Assembly (NCBI GenBank): GCA_032718475.1
Contig: JAUCBJ010000200.1
Location: 35,054-99,053, forward strand
From: Nemertoderma westbladi
Taxonomy: Eukaryota > Animalia > Xenacoelomorpha
Direction of reading: 5' to 3'
DNA: 64,000 nucleotides
Both the position numbers and the translations under genes were made by a program. A model generated the notes under the pieces. That model made no database searches and had not been told where the DNA came from. It saw nothing but the letters and a program-made list of their open reading frames with translations. This document shows, piece after piece, positions 1-11,450 of this stretch; position 1 is the first letter of the stretch, and the number at the start of each line of letters is the position of its first letter.

Positions 1-1316
1 GGCCATTTGTCCGTTAGTCAATGCCTTCCAGAATGTCACTGTATTATTATGTATCCTTGGATACTAGTAGTGTGCTATTTATTCCCTATGCTATTCAATG
101 GGACAAGCTTTCTATTGTTCGTTTAACTCAATTCTAATTCTAGCGTGGTTGTTGCTATGGTGACATTATGCAAAGCTAGCGGTAGAATTAGGGTGATTCC
201 AATGCATACAGATCTGGGATGTTATTTAATAGTAATTCTTTAATAGTCAATGTCCTGTTTTTATACATGACTTTATGAATTTTATCGGCTATTGACTATG
301 TTTGGGAGACTTTCGTACACGCATACGCATAATAATATAAATCTCCGCTCCCTTGATCTATTAATTAATGGAATTTTGGGAATGTTATAAATTGCGTAAA
401 ATGGCAATTTATTAAATTCATTAAAAGACATGAATTTAAATTTATTCCCTGAAATTTTATTATTTGATAATTAAATGGGCATATTTTGATTCTAGAACAT
501 GTCTAGGGACACAAGATCCTTAATTCTATGACAATTGTCTTTTTTAAGAATATCGGTAAATGCTACGATATCTTAATTGACTAGAATTGTTGAAGGATCT
601 GAATTTTACAGATTTTGATTTATTAGATTTGCAAATATTAAATAATTAATATTTGAGATGGGCACCGATTTATTCCAGAACTTGTCTGGGGACGTTAACC
701 ACTGATTCTAGAATTTGTCTTTCAAGTATATCGGTGGGTGCCGCGATATCTTAATCGACTAGAATTACAGATGGTCAAAGGGTTTAACAGATTTATTTTG
801 CGTTATACGCTACTGTTAAAGGGACATCACGCTACTATATGTATTATTTAATATACGGTATGAGAGCAATATCGCACGAAGCAATGTCAGTGTGAAGAGG
901 CAAGTCGTTTCCAAGGTCTACCCAGAGCTTGGTTTAGCCGAGACACGAGGATCTGAACTTTGCATTCCTAATACTCTGCCTACCAATAATACTTAAATAT
1001 AGTAGTGGCTTTATTGTACTTTAATAAGTACGGACATTTCATCTTACTGTAGTTACGTATTTGTAATGTAATACGGACAGTAAGGAAAGAGAAAAAGAAT
1101 TATTTCTTGCCGTCGCATTAAATATAATATATATGTAATTAAGTAATAAACGCGAATATATATTGCACTAATCTACTAAATAATCGCTAAAATAACATTC
1201 TACTGAATAAAATTAAAGAAAACGATTATAATAGAATTACATAGTAATACATACATAAATATAAAAATAATAAAATAATATAAAATAATAGAGTCACACA
1301 CCCACTCCATATGTTG

Positions 1317-4300
1317 TTACGTTATGGAGTCCCTAGATGTTTGAAGGATTAGGGAGGTGGTCGTGGGAAGAGAATCTTGCCTTCCACAGTTTCCGGGGAG
1401 TCCTCCATTCCCTTCCGATAAACACAAACGACCGACTGGGTGATTGAGTCGCTGCATCCTGAATACAATTTCAGGTTTCCTCTTCGTCCTGGAATAGTGA
1501 CGATAGAAACATCGCTCAAAGTATATGACGGCGTCACGAAGCCGATTCCAGGAGCTATAGTGGTCCGTCGCTCTCTGCAGGAGAGGTGAGAGTCCCTGCG
1601 AGACGTCTGATGTTCCAGAGCTCCAATCGCTCTCTCTGATCTTCATGAAGGATCCACTCGCGGAGGGGAGGCCCAGATCCACGGCGTCGTCCCTGGCAAC
1701 ATGTAATACCGACAGATCTATCCCGGGTTCAAATAACTCCGATCCACACGTCCGGGTTTCAGGTTCGACTTTCTCCGCTCCCTTGGCTGGTATAATCTCA
1801 GTCGGAGTAAGATGGGGAGGCCATTCATTCTCCTTACTCAGGAAGTCGGGTTCACCTAATCGGTCTGTAGTATCTGTCAGTTCTTGAGGAGTTGTTCCTC
1901 TGGAAGCGATGTCCGTTGGATTAAACTTCTTGGGGCAATATCTCCATTGATCTACATTGGAGCTAAGGTTGTCATTATCTGAGGAGTGTGGTGTTCCCTC
2001 AGTTGGGTCGTCTCCCTCACTAGTATCATCTTCCCATTCACTCACCTGGCAGACGCGATCTTGAAGCAGTCTTTCCCTGAGCGTTCTACGGGAAGGTCCA
2101 GTAAGGTACCAACCTACTCTAGTTCTTACCGCATAGGTCTGTAGGGGCTGCGGTTGAGCAGGCCGTTTCTCTAATGTCTCCAGCGCCTCATGCGCGTTTT
2201 GGCCGATGAGTATTTGCACTCCAGGGTAATCAGTCTGGAATCGAGGTATGTTAAGATGTTGGATGCTCTCATCCTCGTCCCAATTATAAAGGTCTGCTTG
2301 AGTAGTAGCGAAGTTCTTTATAGTCACCATTTTCACTGACCTGATGCTATGTTCTCCTAGTTCGTCCTGGGGGGTGGACAACTCACATATATAATAGTCG
2401 GCAGCTACAGTAGAATTCCAAACCTGCATGATCCCTGACAGGTTTAGCTTGGTTCGGAACTTGGGTTGTCCAGCAAAGATGACTTCGGCTAGTTCCCTAT
2501 CGATGAATGTTCCTGTGCTACCGGAGTCCAGGAGGGCGTTCACTATATAGCTCTTCTGAGGTCCGTGGACTCGTAACTGGACTACAGGAAATTCTCGGAT
2601 TCCTATATTGGAAGTTGGCGCTTTCCAAGATGGTTGTTGATCGGAAGTAGTTAAGGTAAGGTCGCTGTCTGTGTCTTTCTCATACACGAGTGCTCGATAC
2701 ACTGCGGTGGTGTTTATTAGGTAACAGGATTCGTTTTGGTCGGAGAACTCGTCCGTATAGAATCCTTCCATCTCAGATTGATCAGTGTCGTTCACATCAC
2801 TGAATTGGACATGTAACTCGGAATCACTTACCTGACTCGGGCTGTTTCGTTCGAATTCCGTGTGCAACAAGATATGATGATTTGCGCCGCACTTTGCACA
2901 CCTTGCGTCGGAGTTACAGGTTCGCCGTTGGTGTCCTCGTCTGAGGCAATTATAACACAACCGCTTATCCCACATGACTTCACGTCTATCCTCGAGTGAT
3001 TTCCTCAGGAATTTATCACACGCATTTAAACGGTGGGGCCCGTCGCACAGCACACATTTCGGCTTGATGTTACTTACTTTAACCTGTGCTATGTGGTGCA
3101 CACTTGTTCTTTCCTCGGGCTTTCTCACCTGAATTCCTTTAGGAGACGTAGGAGGGGTTTTTTGTACCGGTTCCCTTCTGTCATTGGGTCGAGACTTGGA
3201 TTTACTTACCTGTTCTTTAGGCATTTTATTGACATAATAAGGCCGGTCAGTGTCTTTCCCGCTGTCCTCTCCTTGAGAGGTTTGGCTTTCACCGTCGTCG
3301 GTATAACATACTGGTGTTACCCTTCTCCTAGAAACGGGTTTCTCACTTACCTTGTTTTCCAATGTCTTCTCTCTGGACTGCCTTAGGAGCTGTAATTTCA
3401 CTTCTCTATCTAAGAATGACATGAGATCAGTCATGGTAGGGTCTCGTCGTTGTTGTTCCATCATATATAACACCTTCTTATCCCAGCGTGTACCTACTCC
3501 ACCCTTGGGCAAAGCAGATGCTAAGGCTCTTACAACCATAGAATTCTGGTATTCATGAGACTTACCTAGCCAATCTAATTGTCTACAGATCTCCTGAATC
3601 TCATCGGAAAACTCTATAATCCCGCTGCTAAGAAACTTTCGGGGCGCCATTAATTTTGCATACAAATACCCAGCTATGTCATTCCTATTACCATACCTGA
3701 TGTTTAGTGTATCCCAAACTTGTCTTAATCCATTTGGATGTCCAATAAATTTTAACGCCATTGACTTGGGAGGTCCTTCCAAACATTCGATGAGGAATCT
3801 AAGTTTCTCTCCGTTAGATAGTACAGAGTTCTGTATGTTATCTTTGTAATATTCATTAAAAGGTAACCATTTCATCTCATCTCCATTGAACTTGACAATC
3901 TCTCCCACCTTCACCGCTTGCCGGGCTTCGGTTCTAGCCATTTGACGCGTAAAACTTTCTTGGGCCATCGTGTTATTTAATATCGAGTTATCGGTATATA
4001 AATTTCTCGGATTATGATCAGGTCTATAGGGAATGTCATTATCAACAGGTCTATAATTACCCTTAATAGGGTTCACTATAGGAGTTTCTACTTCGCTAGC
4101 AGTATAGATGCGTGTAGGCTCCACACCTTGCGCATGAGATACTTCAGACCTAACAGGTTGACACATTATTACAGGGGGTGGTGGTATACCCTTTTGTAAA
4201 TTTACTAATTTATCGCGTTCTAGCGCGATATTTTGCTGCACTTCTTGCAACTCTAGCCTACTTTCCCTTACTGTGCCCTTTAACTGTTGAACAGTCCCTT

Positions 4301-5543
4301 CTAACTCTCGGACCTGTTGAGAGGAGCGTGCTTGATTCTCCTCCATCTTTCCGAGGAGAATGTCCATCCCCCGCCGTCTCTCGTCCACCCAATCAACCGC
4401 CGAAACGGGATCCGCCAACGTCGTAGCGGGCAGACGAGGGACAACGGGCGACAAATCAGTAATATTTCGCTCGGGGTCCAGGACCTGAACTGTCTCCTGG
4501 GCAGTTCTACTGGGCACAGGTAGCTTAGTGCTATGCAGAGGGAATTTAGAGGTAGCTTCAGGGAGCACAGGTGTGTCTATCACCGAAGGGGTGATTTCAA
4601 AAACAGGCCTAATTATTTCAGGCTCATCTACTATAGTAGGGAGTCTTTCTATTTTAATTATTTGGTCTGTGGGTTCTGTGCTGCCTAAGTTGGTGTTATT
4701 TAGTTGCCTTCTAACAGCTGGAGGCAAATCAGGCAATTTATGACGGTGGAATGTTCTTTTACGTCTACTTAGACGAGATCTATTTCTCTTACCTTCAGTA
4801 TCGGTGGTATCGCCTTCTTCAGATGATGTATATCCCTGTCTTTTGGGAGTAGATCTATTCATCATCTGCATATTACTAGCTGTTAACTGTTTACTGAAGT
4901 CGTCTTGCTTCTCTTGAAGATTTTCCAACTCCAGTTGGGCGATCTCTTCAGCCGCTCTCCGTTCTGCTTCCGCCACCGCTGCCGCTTTTGCCTCTGCCGC
5001 TGCCGCTTTTGCCTCTGCCTTTGCTTCTGCTGCTGCCGCTGTTGCCTTTGCCTCTGCTTCTGCTGCTGCCGCTTTTGCCTTTGCCTCTGCTTCTGCTGCT
5101 GCCGCTTTTGCCTTTGCCTCTGCTTCTGCTGCTGCCGCTTTTGCCTTTGCCTCTGCTTCTGCTGCTGCCGCTTTTGCCTCTGCCGCTGCTTCTGCCAAGG
5201 TCGCTTTTCTTTCTGCCTCTGCCACTGCTGCTATCTTTCTGTCTTCTATACGTTTTTTCCTTACTTGTTCTTCTTGTTCTCTAGCGATGCGGAGTTGTTC
5301 ATCGAATTTAGCCTGATTCGCAGCCCTCATTTCCACATCGATGGCATCCAACACAAGCTTGGTTCCTTCACTATTAGGGCTAAGTCCCTCTAACCTTCTC
5401 CTCAACTCGTCATCACCTAAAAAACGCTGATAGTCTGATAGATAGATGTCAATGGCATCTCTCTTATGTGGTTTCTCTGCTGTCACTTCGCTCTCGGTTG
5501 TATCTAGTAGACTGTCTGACAGGTTCTGCTTTGCGTCAGACAT
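1317..5543 (-). CDS. BEL/Pao Gag-aspartic protease polyprotein, 1408 aa, uninterrupted; RT/RNase H and integrase deleted in frame
   Basis: Ala/Glu/Lys helical repeat, DUF1759-like capsid region (KFNGDEMKWLPF..EKLRFL), triple BEL zinc knuckle (CVLCDGPHRLNAC, CYNCLRRGHQRRTC, CAKCGANHHILLH), protease ALLDSGS and a residual WRYCP..NPTDIASRG. No YxDD and no integrase DDE core. Confidence 0.93.
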   Translation of the reverse strand: MSDAKQNLSDSLLDTTESEVTAEKPHKRDAIDIYLSDYQRFLGDDELRRRLEGLSPNSEGTKLVLDAIDVEMRAANQAKFDEQLRIAREQEEQVRKKRIEDRKIAAVAEAERKATLAEAAAEAKAAAAEAEAKAKAAAAEAEAKAKAAAAEAEAKAKAAAAEAEAKATAAAAEAKAEAKAAAAEAKAAAVAEAERRAAEEIAQLELENLQEKQDDFSKQLTASNMQMMNRSTPKRQGYTSSEEGDTTDTEGKRNRSRLSRRKRTFHRHKLPDLPPAVRRQLNNTNLGSTEPTDQIIKIERLPTIVDEPEIIRPVFEITPSVIDTPVLPEATSKFPLHSTKLPVPSRTAQETVQVLDPERNITDLSPVVPRLPATTLADPVSAVDWVDERRRGMDILLGKMEENQARSSQQVRELEGTVQQLKGTVRESRLELQEVQQNIALERDKLVNLQKGIPPPPVIMCQPVRSEVSHAQGVEPTRIYTASEVETPIVNPIKGNYRPVDNDIPYRPDHNPRNLYTDNSILNNTMAQESFTRQMARTEARQAVKVGEIVKFNGDEMKWLPFNEYYKDNIQNSVLSNGEKLRFLIECLEGPPKSMALKFIGHPNGLRQVWDTLNIRYGNRNDIAGYLYAKLMAPRKFLSSGIIEFSDEIQEICRQLDWLGKSHEYQNSMVVRALASALPKGGVGTRWDKKVLYMMEQQRRDPTMTDLMSFLDREVKLQLLRQSREKTLENKVSEKPVSRRRVTPVCYTDDGESQTSQGEDSGKDTDRPYYVNKMPKEQVSKSKSRPNDRREPVQKTPPTSPKGIQVRKPEERTSVHHIAQVKVSNIKPKCVLCDGPHRLNACDKFLRKSLEDRREVMWDKRLCYNCLRRGHQRRTCNSDARCAKCGANHHILLHTEFERNSPSQVSDSELHVQFSDVNDTDQSEMEGFYTDEFSDQNESCYLINTTAVYRALVYEKDTDSDLTLTTSDQQPSWKAPTSNIGIREFPVVQLRVHGPQKSYIVNALLDSGSTGTFIDRELAEVIFAGQPKFRTKLNLSGIMQVWNSTVAADYYICELSTPQDELGEHSIRSVKMVTIKNFATTQADLYNWDEDESIQHLNIPRFQTDYPGVQILIGQNAHEALETLEKRPAQPQPLQTYAVRTRVGWYLTGPSRRTLRERLLQDRVCQVSEWEDDTSEGDDPTEGTPHSSDNDNLSSNVDQWRYCPKKFNPTDIASRGTTPQELTDTTDRLGEPDFLSKENEWPPHLTPTEIIPAKGAEKVEPETRTCGSELFEPGIDLSVLHVARDDAVDLGLPSASGSFMKIRESDWSSGTSDVSQGLSPLLQRATDHYSSWNRLRDAVIYFERCFYRHYSRTKRKPEIVFRMQRLNHPVGRLCLSEGNGGLPGNCGRQDSLPTTTSLILQTSRDSIT

Positions 5544-6472
5544 GCTTATGTGTACAGTTGAATGTCTACTGCTGTATTACAGTCTGAGCAAGTCTAGTAA
5601 CTCAGTATTAACTGATAGCCTAGTAATTAATTACCGGTACTGCTACTCAGTGTAGCGTGATATATAATATATTAGAATACCGGTATGCTTATAGTATATA
5701 TAAGTATTATTACAGACTAGGTTTATCTCAGAATACCGGTATAATTTTAGCACAAATATATATAAATATATAACAGGCCTATCGGAATACCGGTATACAG
5801 CTCACAGTTTGTAGCATATATAATTCTGGACTAGAATTAATTACAAGTACCGGTATAATTTCAGCCTAAATTTATAGAAATAAAGATAATAGGCCTATCG
5901 TAAATACCGGTATGCAGTTTACACTTATAGTGTATATATATAAGTATAATTACAAACTAGAATTAATTACAGAATACCGGTATGATTTCAACCTAAAATT
6001 TATAGAAATAAATATAATAAGCCTACTGTAAATACCGGTATATCAATTATTTTAAATAACTGAATTTCTGAATTTCAAGGGTTACTTGTTACTTTACTTA
6101 CTTTATTACCGTTATTTGAACAGTAGTCCAACTGATATTGAGACCTAATGGTTTTATGGTAGGCCTACTATTTATAAATCGTTAGATTTGATTTATAATA
6201 TATATATACCCGTTTTAATGGGCTTTGTCAATATTTGAAATAAATGTTATTATTTCTGGGGAGTAATCACTACACAAAGCGGTACGCTTTCAGTGAAGTG
6301 TTACTTATAGGACACTAAAACAAATAATTCTAATTTATATATATTTCAATACACCCCGGGCGGGGTAAATATGCGGTAAAATTAATTATAAAAACACACA
6401 GTAAAAGGTCGTTCACTTGTAAAATAAATATTAAGTATAAAATATTATTATTATTATTTAACTGGAAGATGA

Positions 6473-9313
6473 CTATGAAGCAGCCAGTTGTGACAGCGGT
6501 GGGCACATCGCACAGACGAGCACGTGGTAACGGTCATCGCAGGGCTCGCCGCAGTATGTACAGCAGCAGGTGGATGTGAGTTCGTGGAACGGTGTAGCGG
6601 TTGAGCAGACACGGAAGTGAAACCCGTGGGCGGTTGCCCTCGTAACTACGTGTCGATTACGTTGTCCGGCGCGTTTCCAGATTTCGCATTGGAAACCCGG
6701 ACCACGCTGGTAACCTTCGTCGTGGAAGTTTAGCTCGCGTTCACGGCGGTAACTGCGGTAATTCGAAACGATATTGGTGTCGAATATATTGGGGCTGGAG
6801 GTGAGTATGGACTCAACGAATGATTTTTCTTGAGTTAAATGCAGCACTAGAGTGGAAGAGGTTGATGAGTGTAGAGAGAGCATTCGCTTTAAATATTTGT
6901 TTTTAATTTTATCGATTTCTTTAAGATTAGCGAGAGTGAAAAATCGTCCGATTTCTTTAAATGAATAAGTAACCAATGGGGCAATTTTCATATTGAATAT
7001 TGATATACCTGTAGATATTGATAGTAGATGGAGATGGTTTAGTGAACCAGTTACTATGGAGGCGCTTTCTTTTTTCTGCTGGATGTGTCGTGTGAAGGAG
7101 AGCGAAGACTGTAGGACGACCCCGAGGTATTCGTAGCTGCTCGCGATAACAACTGGGTTGGCCCCGTAAGTGAAGTTGTCGTTGACAGCGAGGCGGCCTC
7201 CTTTACGGAATTTAATTACTTTGGTCTTAACCAAGTTAACTTCCATTCCGTTGGAGAGGCACCATCCATGGAGCGCAGTTAAACATGCCTGTATATCCTC
7301 CTTATTGTTCGAGTAGATAACGAGATCGTCGGCATAGAACAGGAATTTAATAATGGCAATGCCTGCTGAACGGATAACGGCTGCGAGGTCAGCAATAAAT
7401 ATAATGAACAATGTTGGAGAAAGGCAGTCTCCTTGAAGAATGCCACGCAACTGTTGGATAATATTCGAGAAGCGAATTCCATCGAAAACTCTAAAACTGT
7501 TGTCGAGTAGCTCCTTTATTAGATCGTAAACCTTCCCTTTGATACCTGCGTTGTAGATTTTGTAAAGTAGTTTAGTGCGGGGGACCATGTCGAACGCCTT
7601 ACGGAAATCTATGAAAGCCGCGTATATTATACGTTGCTGCCGTGAAGGGGAATGGAAACCGGCGGATATGTCATCGATGAGTTGGGAAATGGCTTGTTTG
7701 GTTGACTTACCCGGAAGGAAACCGTACTGTTCTGGAGGAAGATAATGAGAGATGAATTGCCTAACCCGATTATTTATTAGCGAGGTTAGGATCTTGAGGG
7801 TCACACAGATCAGGGCGATACCGCGATAGTTATCCGGATTTGTGACGTCACCTTTGCCTTTATATATAATATTGATTACGCTGGTTTTCCAGATCGAAGG
7901 GAGTTTCGCTGTATTGAGGCACACATTATAGAGTAGAGTTATTAATATAACCAAGAAAGGGGCTGCCTGTTTAAGGTGCTCATAAAATATTTTATCCGGG
8001 CCACTTGCTTTGTTGTTTGCCGAAGCATTAATGGTTGTGAGAACTTCGGTGTTGGAGAATGTCTCGTTGTACCATTCGGGGGTGCTACGCTCGTGTTCCG
8101 TGGTGACTGGGATTGGTTCACAGTTAGGAGGATCCACCCGGGTTCCAAGTAAATTCCGAAAGTGGGACTCAAGGCGGGAAGCATCTATAGGGGCAACATT
8201 AGGCTTGTAGTCTCTGAATAAAAGCCAGGGTTTAATTTCCACTTTTCCTATAAGTTTCCTAAGTGAGTTTTCTTCGTAGGCCAAGCGCTTTAACTTTATA
8301 AGCTTTTTGTATTGTTTGCGTTGTTCCCAGAAAGCGAGTTTATCGGAGTTAGAGTCGTTCCTCTTCTTCATTGACTCAACTAAGGTTCCCTTTAGTCGCT
8401 GACAGTCAGAATCGAACCAAGGTTTACCATGGGCTCGGCGGAGGGGGATTGTTTCGGTCGATTCGAGTATTGCATCATTTACTAACTGTATAGCAGAGTC
8501 TATGTCTGAGTTCCCGGAGAGTTCCTCCTCTAGAGACTGTACATCGAGGCATCCACGTAGATGACTGATATCCAACTTCCTGCTAACCCGAATAGGTTTG
8601 CAGCTGATGTCGGGGTTGACCGCCGGAATGGTAATCAATGCTGTTACACGCTGGTGTTTACGAATCGGATTGATAGAGACCGTTGTTGTCTGGAGATCGA
8701 CTGGGAATGACCCCGGGTACTTTATAAATAGAAGATCAATAAGACTTTCGCCTTGTGGTGAAATGTAGGTAGGTTCAGTTGGGTTGTTGATACATATAAA
8801 TCCTAGATTATTAAAGTAGCTGCATAGTTTTGTCCCTCGAATACCACTGTCAAGTCTACAGTTAAAGTCCCCGCCAATGATAATGGGTATATCTGGGTGA
8901 GTGTAGGATAGTGCGTTAGTTACTGATAATGTTATGTCTTCAATTGCGTAATCCGGGTTGAAGTAGAAGACAATGAAATGTGCTGCTATAGTTTTAATAG
9001 CAATAAACGATTCATCTCTGGCGACTATTGCTGGGTTTAAATTGGGTCTACATAGTATCAGTAGGCCCCCATAGGGGCGGCCTCTAGTGGGCTTCACTGC
9101 AGGGCTCGTGAAAGGATAGTATTCAGTTGTATTAAAGGTAGTGGAGGTATGGAATGTCTCCGTGAAGAGAAGAACATCCGAGTGAGAGTAAAGTTCATTA
9201 TCTGGGAGGTGGTCCGTGAGGTATTTAATACCTTCCACATTCCATAGTGATACAGTGAGGGGGTGCGGGTTGTCTGCGCGCGCGTAAGTGTGGAGTTGGC
9301 AGAATGGTGGTTG
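6473..9313 (-). CDS. LINE ORF2: APE endonuclease, reverse transcriptase and C-terminal Cys/His motif; no AUG start, in frame with ORF1
   Basis: Motifs SLWNVEG, TET, GGDFN, WFDSDC, NYRGIAL, FIDFRKAFD, GILQGDCLSP, LFYADD, YEYLG and CTYC..DRYH..C. The frame is open from the ORF1 stop (9314-9316) down to 6473. Confidence 0.93.
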   Translation of the reverse strand, partial: QPPFCQLHTYARADNPHPLTVSLWNVEGIKYLTDHLPDNELYSHSDVLLFTETFHTSTTFNTTEYYPFTSPAVKPTRGRPYGGLLILCRPNLNPAIVARDESFIAIKTIAAHFIVFYFNPDYAIEDITLSVTNALSYTHPDIPIIIGGDFNCRLDSGIRGTKLCSYFNNLGFICINNPTEPTYISPQGESLIDLLFIKYPGSFPVDLQTTTVSINPIRKHQRVTALITIPAVNPDISCKPIRVSRKLDISHLRGCLDVQSLEEELSGNSDIDSAIQLVNDAILESTETIPLRRAHGKPWFDSDCQRLKGTLVESMKKRNDSNSDKLAFWEQRKQYKKLIKLKRLAYEENSLRKLIGKVEIKPWLLFRDYKPNVAPIDASRLESHFRNLLGTRVDPPNCEPIPVTTEHERSTPEWYNETFSNTEVLTTINASANNKASGPDKIFYEHLKQAAPFLVILITLLYNVCLNTAKLPSIWKTSVINIIYKGKGDVTNPDNYRGIALICVTLKILTSLINNRVRQFISHYLPPEQYGFLPGKSTKQAISQLIDDISAGFHSPSRQQRIIYAAFIDFRKAFDMVPRTKLLYKIYNAGIKGKVYDLIKELLDNSFRVFDGIRFSNIIQQLRGILQGDCLSPTLFIIFIADLAAVIRSAGIAIIKFLFYADDLVIYSNNKEDIQACLTALHGWCLSNGMEVNLVKTKVIKFRKGGRLAVNDNFTYGANPVVIASSYEYLGVVLQSSLSFTRHIQQKKESASIVTGSLNHLHLLSISTGISIFNMKIAPLVTYSFKEIGRFFTLANLKEIDKIKNKYLKRMLSLHSSTSSTLVLHLTQEKSFVESILTSSPNIFDTNIVSNYRSYRRERELNFHDEGYQRGPGFQCEIWKRAGQRNRHVVTRATAHGFHFRVCSTATPFHELTSTCCCTYCGEPCDDRYHVLVCAMCPPLSQLAAS

Positions 9314-10075
9314 TCAGTTTGAACTCGACTCCGGCCGGTTCAGCCAGGGTCGGCGAGGTTTAAGTCCAAAAGTTTCCCGTTCAGCGTTGGTTAAACGGTA
9401 ATTTCTTATTGTTATACCCTCCGTCCAGAGAGATGGGTCCATTAGTTTGTCGCGGTCGTCTTGGTCGGCGATAAGATGGAAGCTGTTATATATGGAGTCG
9501 GGGTGAGGTTGTATGGCGATTACCTCCTCGAAGGGGATAGCCTCCGCTTTAAGGTAGTCGCCAATATCTTTGCTGGTTACCTCCGGGTCGAGACGCCCAA
9601 TGTGAATGTGGGCTTTGCGGGGGCCCGGCGCGTTGCGCTGTGGTTGTGTAGGGGGGACTGCGCGAAGTATTCCTCCCTGTCTGTTGCCGCGAATAGTTGG
9701 TGGCCTTGCCGCTCCGTTGGGCCTACCCGCGGCAGGTGGGGAAGTGCTCTGGGTGGTCGGAGTGTTGGTAGAGTGCGATGAGAGGAGCGTTGGTCCGGCA
9801 CCATTGGCGGGGTTGGTGCGCAGGGCATCAGAATATCGGGGAGATGGCTGGACGGCCGTATTTTTACATTCAATGAGAGCGTTCTTTGAGGTTATAGATT
9901 CCGCGCGGGCATCCGCAAGTTTACCAACTACAATGGTATACATTGAAGTCATCCTTGTGAGTCCGTCGATTAGCTGACGTTCCACGCCGTTGTTCACATT
10001 TTTCTTTTCTTTAATTAGTTTTACTAGAGAGATAACCTCATTCTGAATTTTTATGTATTCCTCGGCATCAGCCAT
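9314..10075 (-). CDS. LINE ORF1 nucleic-acid-binding protein (N-terminal coiled coil, Pro-rich linker, C-terminal RRM-like domain)
   Basis: ATG at 10075. The C-terminal IHIGRLDP..I.DYL..YNSF..DPSLW.EG..IR pattern is typical of CR1/RTEX-type ORF1. Confidence 0.85.
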   Translation of the reverse strand: MADAEEYIKIQNEVISLVKLIKEKKNVNNGVERQLIDGLTRMTSMYTIVVGKLADARAESITSKNALIECKNTAVQPSPRYSDALRTNPANGAGPTLLSSHSTNTPTTQSTSPPAAGRPNGAARPPTIRGNRQGGILRAVPPTQPQRNAPGPRKAHIHIGRLDPEVTSKDIGDYLKAEAIPFEEVIAIQPHPDSIYNSFHLIADQDDRDKLMDPSLWTEGITIRNYRLTNAERETFGLKPRRPWLNRPESSSN

Positions 10076-10879
10076 GGGACCATTCACCACAGTGGATTAA
10101 TAAATTATATTAAAATCATAAAGTCTGCAGTCATAGACCGGGTACAGCAGTATTATTCAGTATTTTGGTCAGAAGTACTATTTAACAATTTTTAACTCAA
10201 TAATATATATATAACTCAATAATTCTAATTTACCTAAGTTACTTAATACTACAAATTACGTACAATTCGGGTGAGATTACAATCTCTAAATAAACACAAA
10301 AATTTACAAAAACACAAATACGAAATTTTAGGGTAATTTTACAAGAAGTCTACAAACCAGCCTAACAAAGGGTTAGATAACCGGTTATTACAACGGACAG
10401 AGTACTACGGTATTTGAAATAATAAGTAGTAGTAAATACACTGCGTTGTCTAGATAGGAAAATACCACCGCCTGACGACCTATAGCCGTATCGCTATAGG
10501 TTCTACGTTATGTATCACGGAGTGTTCCTACCTAGAAGTTAATAGAGCTAATCGAATGTGCCTATCATCAACCACTTTACAACACAAATATAATGTCTAC
10601 AATAATTACTTCGGAAAGTACTGTACACTAAACCCTAAATTAGGTACGAGTACTTATATAACAGACAATCAGTAGTTAAATATACTTGAACAGCTAAAAG
10701 AACCACGGCATCTGCTGGAGTGACCGATGCACAAAATCACCAGTCTTTACCTACGCCGAGCAGCCCGTGTAGTACCGGGGTTAATTTAACTATAGCGGTA
10801 TGTATAACAAACACAATTACTGTAGGAACAAACTTGGGGAATGAATGTTGCGGATAATCGCATAAACTCTGAATAATAA

Positions 10880-11450
10880 ATATTACGCTACGCGTACAAA
10901 CTACTCAAACAAAATACAGACCGAACACTGACAGACTACTATCAAGCCTAAACAAACTACGGTATATGCAGACTCCGAAATGATTAGGGAGTATGCGCTC
11001 TAACCCAGTAGTGCGACTTATTCTTTAGTTGGGGGATTACCTTACAGCGTTCGCTGCCCCTACTGCCTAATCGTACTTAATCGGACAGATGATCTACACA
11101 CGCGGCAATCCGTTCAGACCTAATAACAGCCAGACAACTATCCAGCCTACAAATTATCTAAATAAAATTATACGCTACCCGTACAGACTTACACAAACAA
11201 AGTACAGACTAAACGATGGCAGACCACTCTCAAGCCTAAATAAACCACAGGACATATGCAGACTCCGAAATGATTAGGGAGTATGCGCTCTAACCCAGTA
11301 GTGCGACTTATTCTTTAGTTGGGGGATTACCTTACAGCGTTCGCTGCCCCTACTGCCTAATCGTACTTAATCGGACAGGTGATCTACACACACTGCAATT
11401 CGTTCGGACTTAACAGCAATCAGACAACCGCTCAGCCTACAAATCGTCTG
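10880..11450. repeat. About 290-bp tandem duplication in the BEL leader (also in copy B at about 42943-43520)
   Basis: GACTCCGAAA at 10971 and 11261; the complement CATTTCGGAG at 43121 and 43411. Confidence 0.85.

Larger units (their letters stand above)
6338..10217 (-). mobile_element. Full-length APE-type LINE (RTEX-like), 3.88 kb, inserted in the leader of BEL copy A
   Basis: 15-bp TSD AATAATTCTAATTTA at 6323-6337 and 10218-10232; the empty site is visible in copy B at about 44167-44181. Short (TA)n 3' tail, 3' UTR hairpin ACCCCG-GG-CGGGGT near 6353-6366, and intact ORF1 and ORF2. Confidence 0.95.

Noticed and set aside
4905-5393. Cys/Leu/Pro-rich ORFs (also 45830-46340)
   Set aside because: These are antisense or alternate frames of the Ala-rich Gag repeat.
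1440-5500. Splicing as the origin of the three deletions in copy A
   Set aside because: The corresponding segments in copy B are not consistently bounded by GT...AG, and one junction shows microhomology instead.
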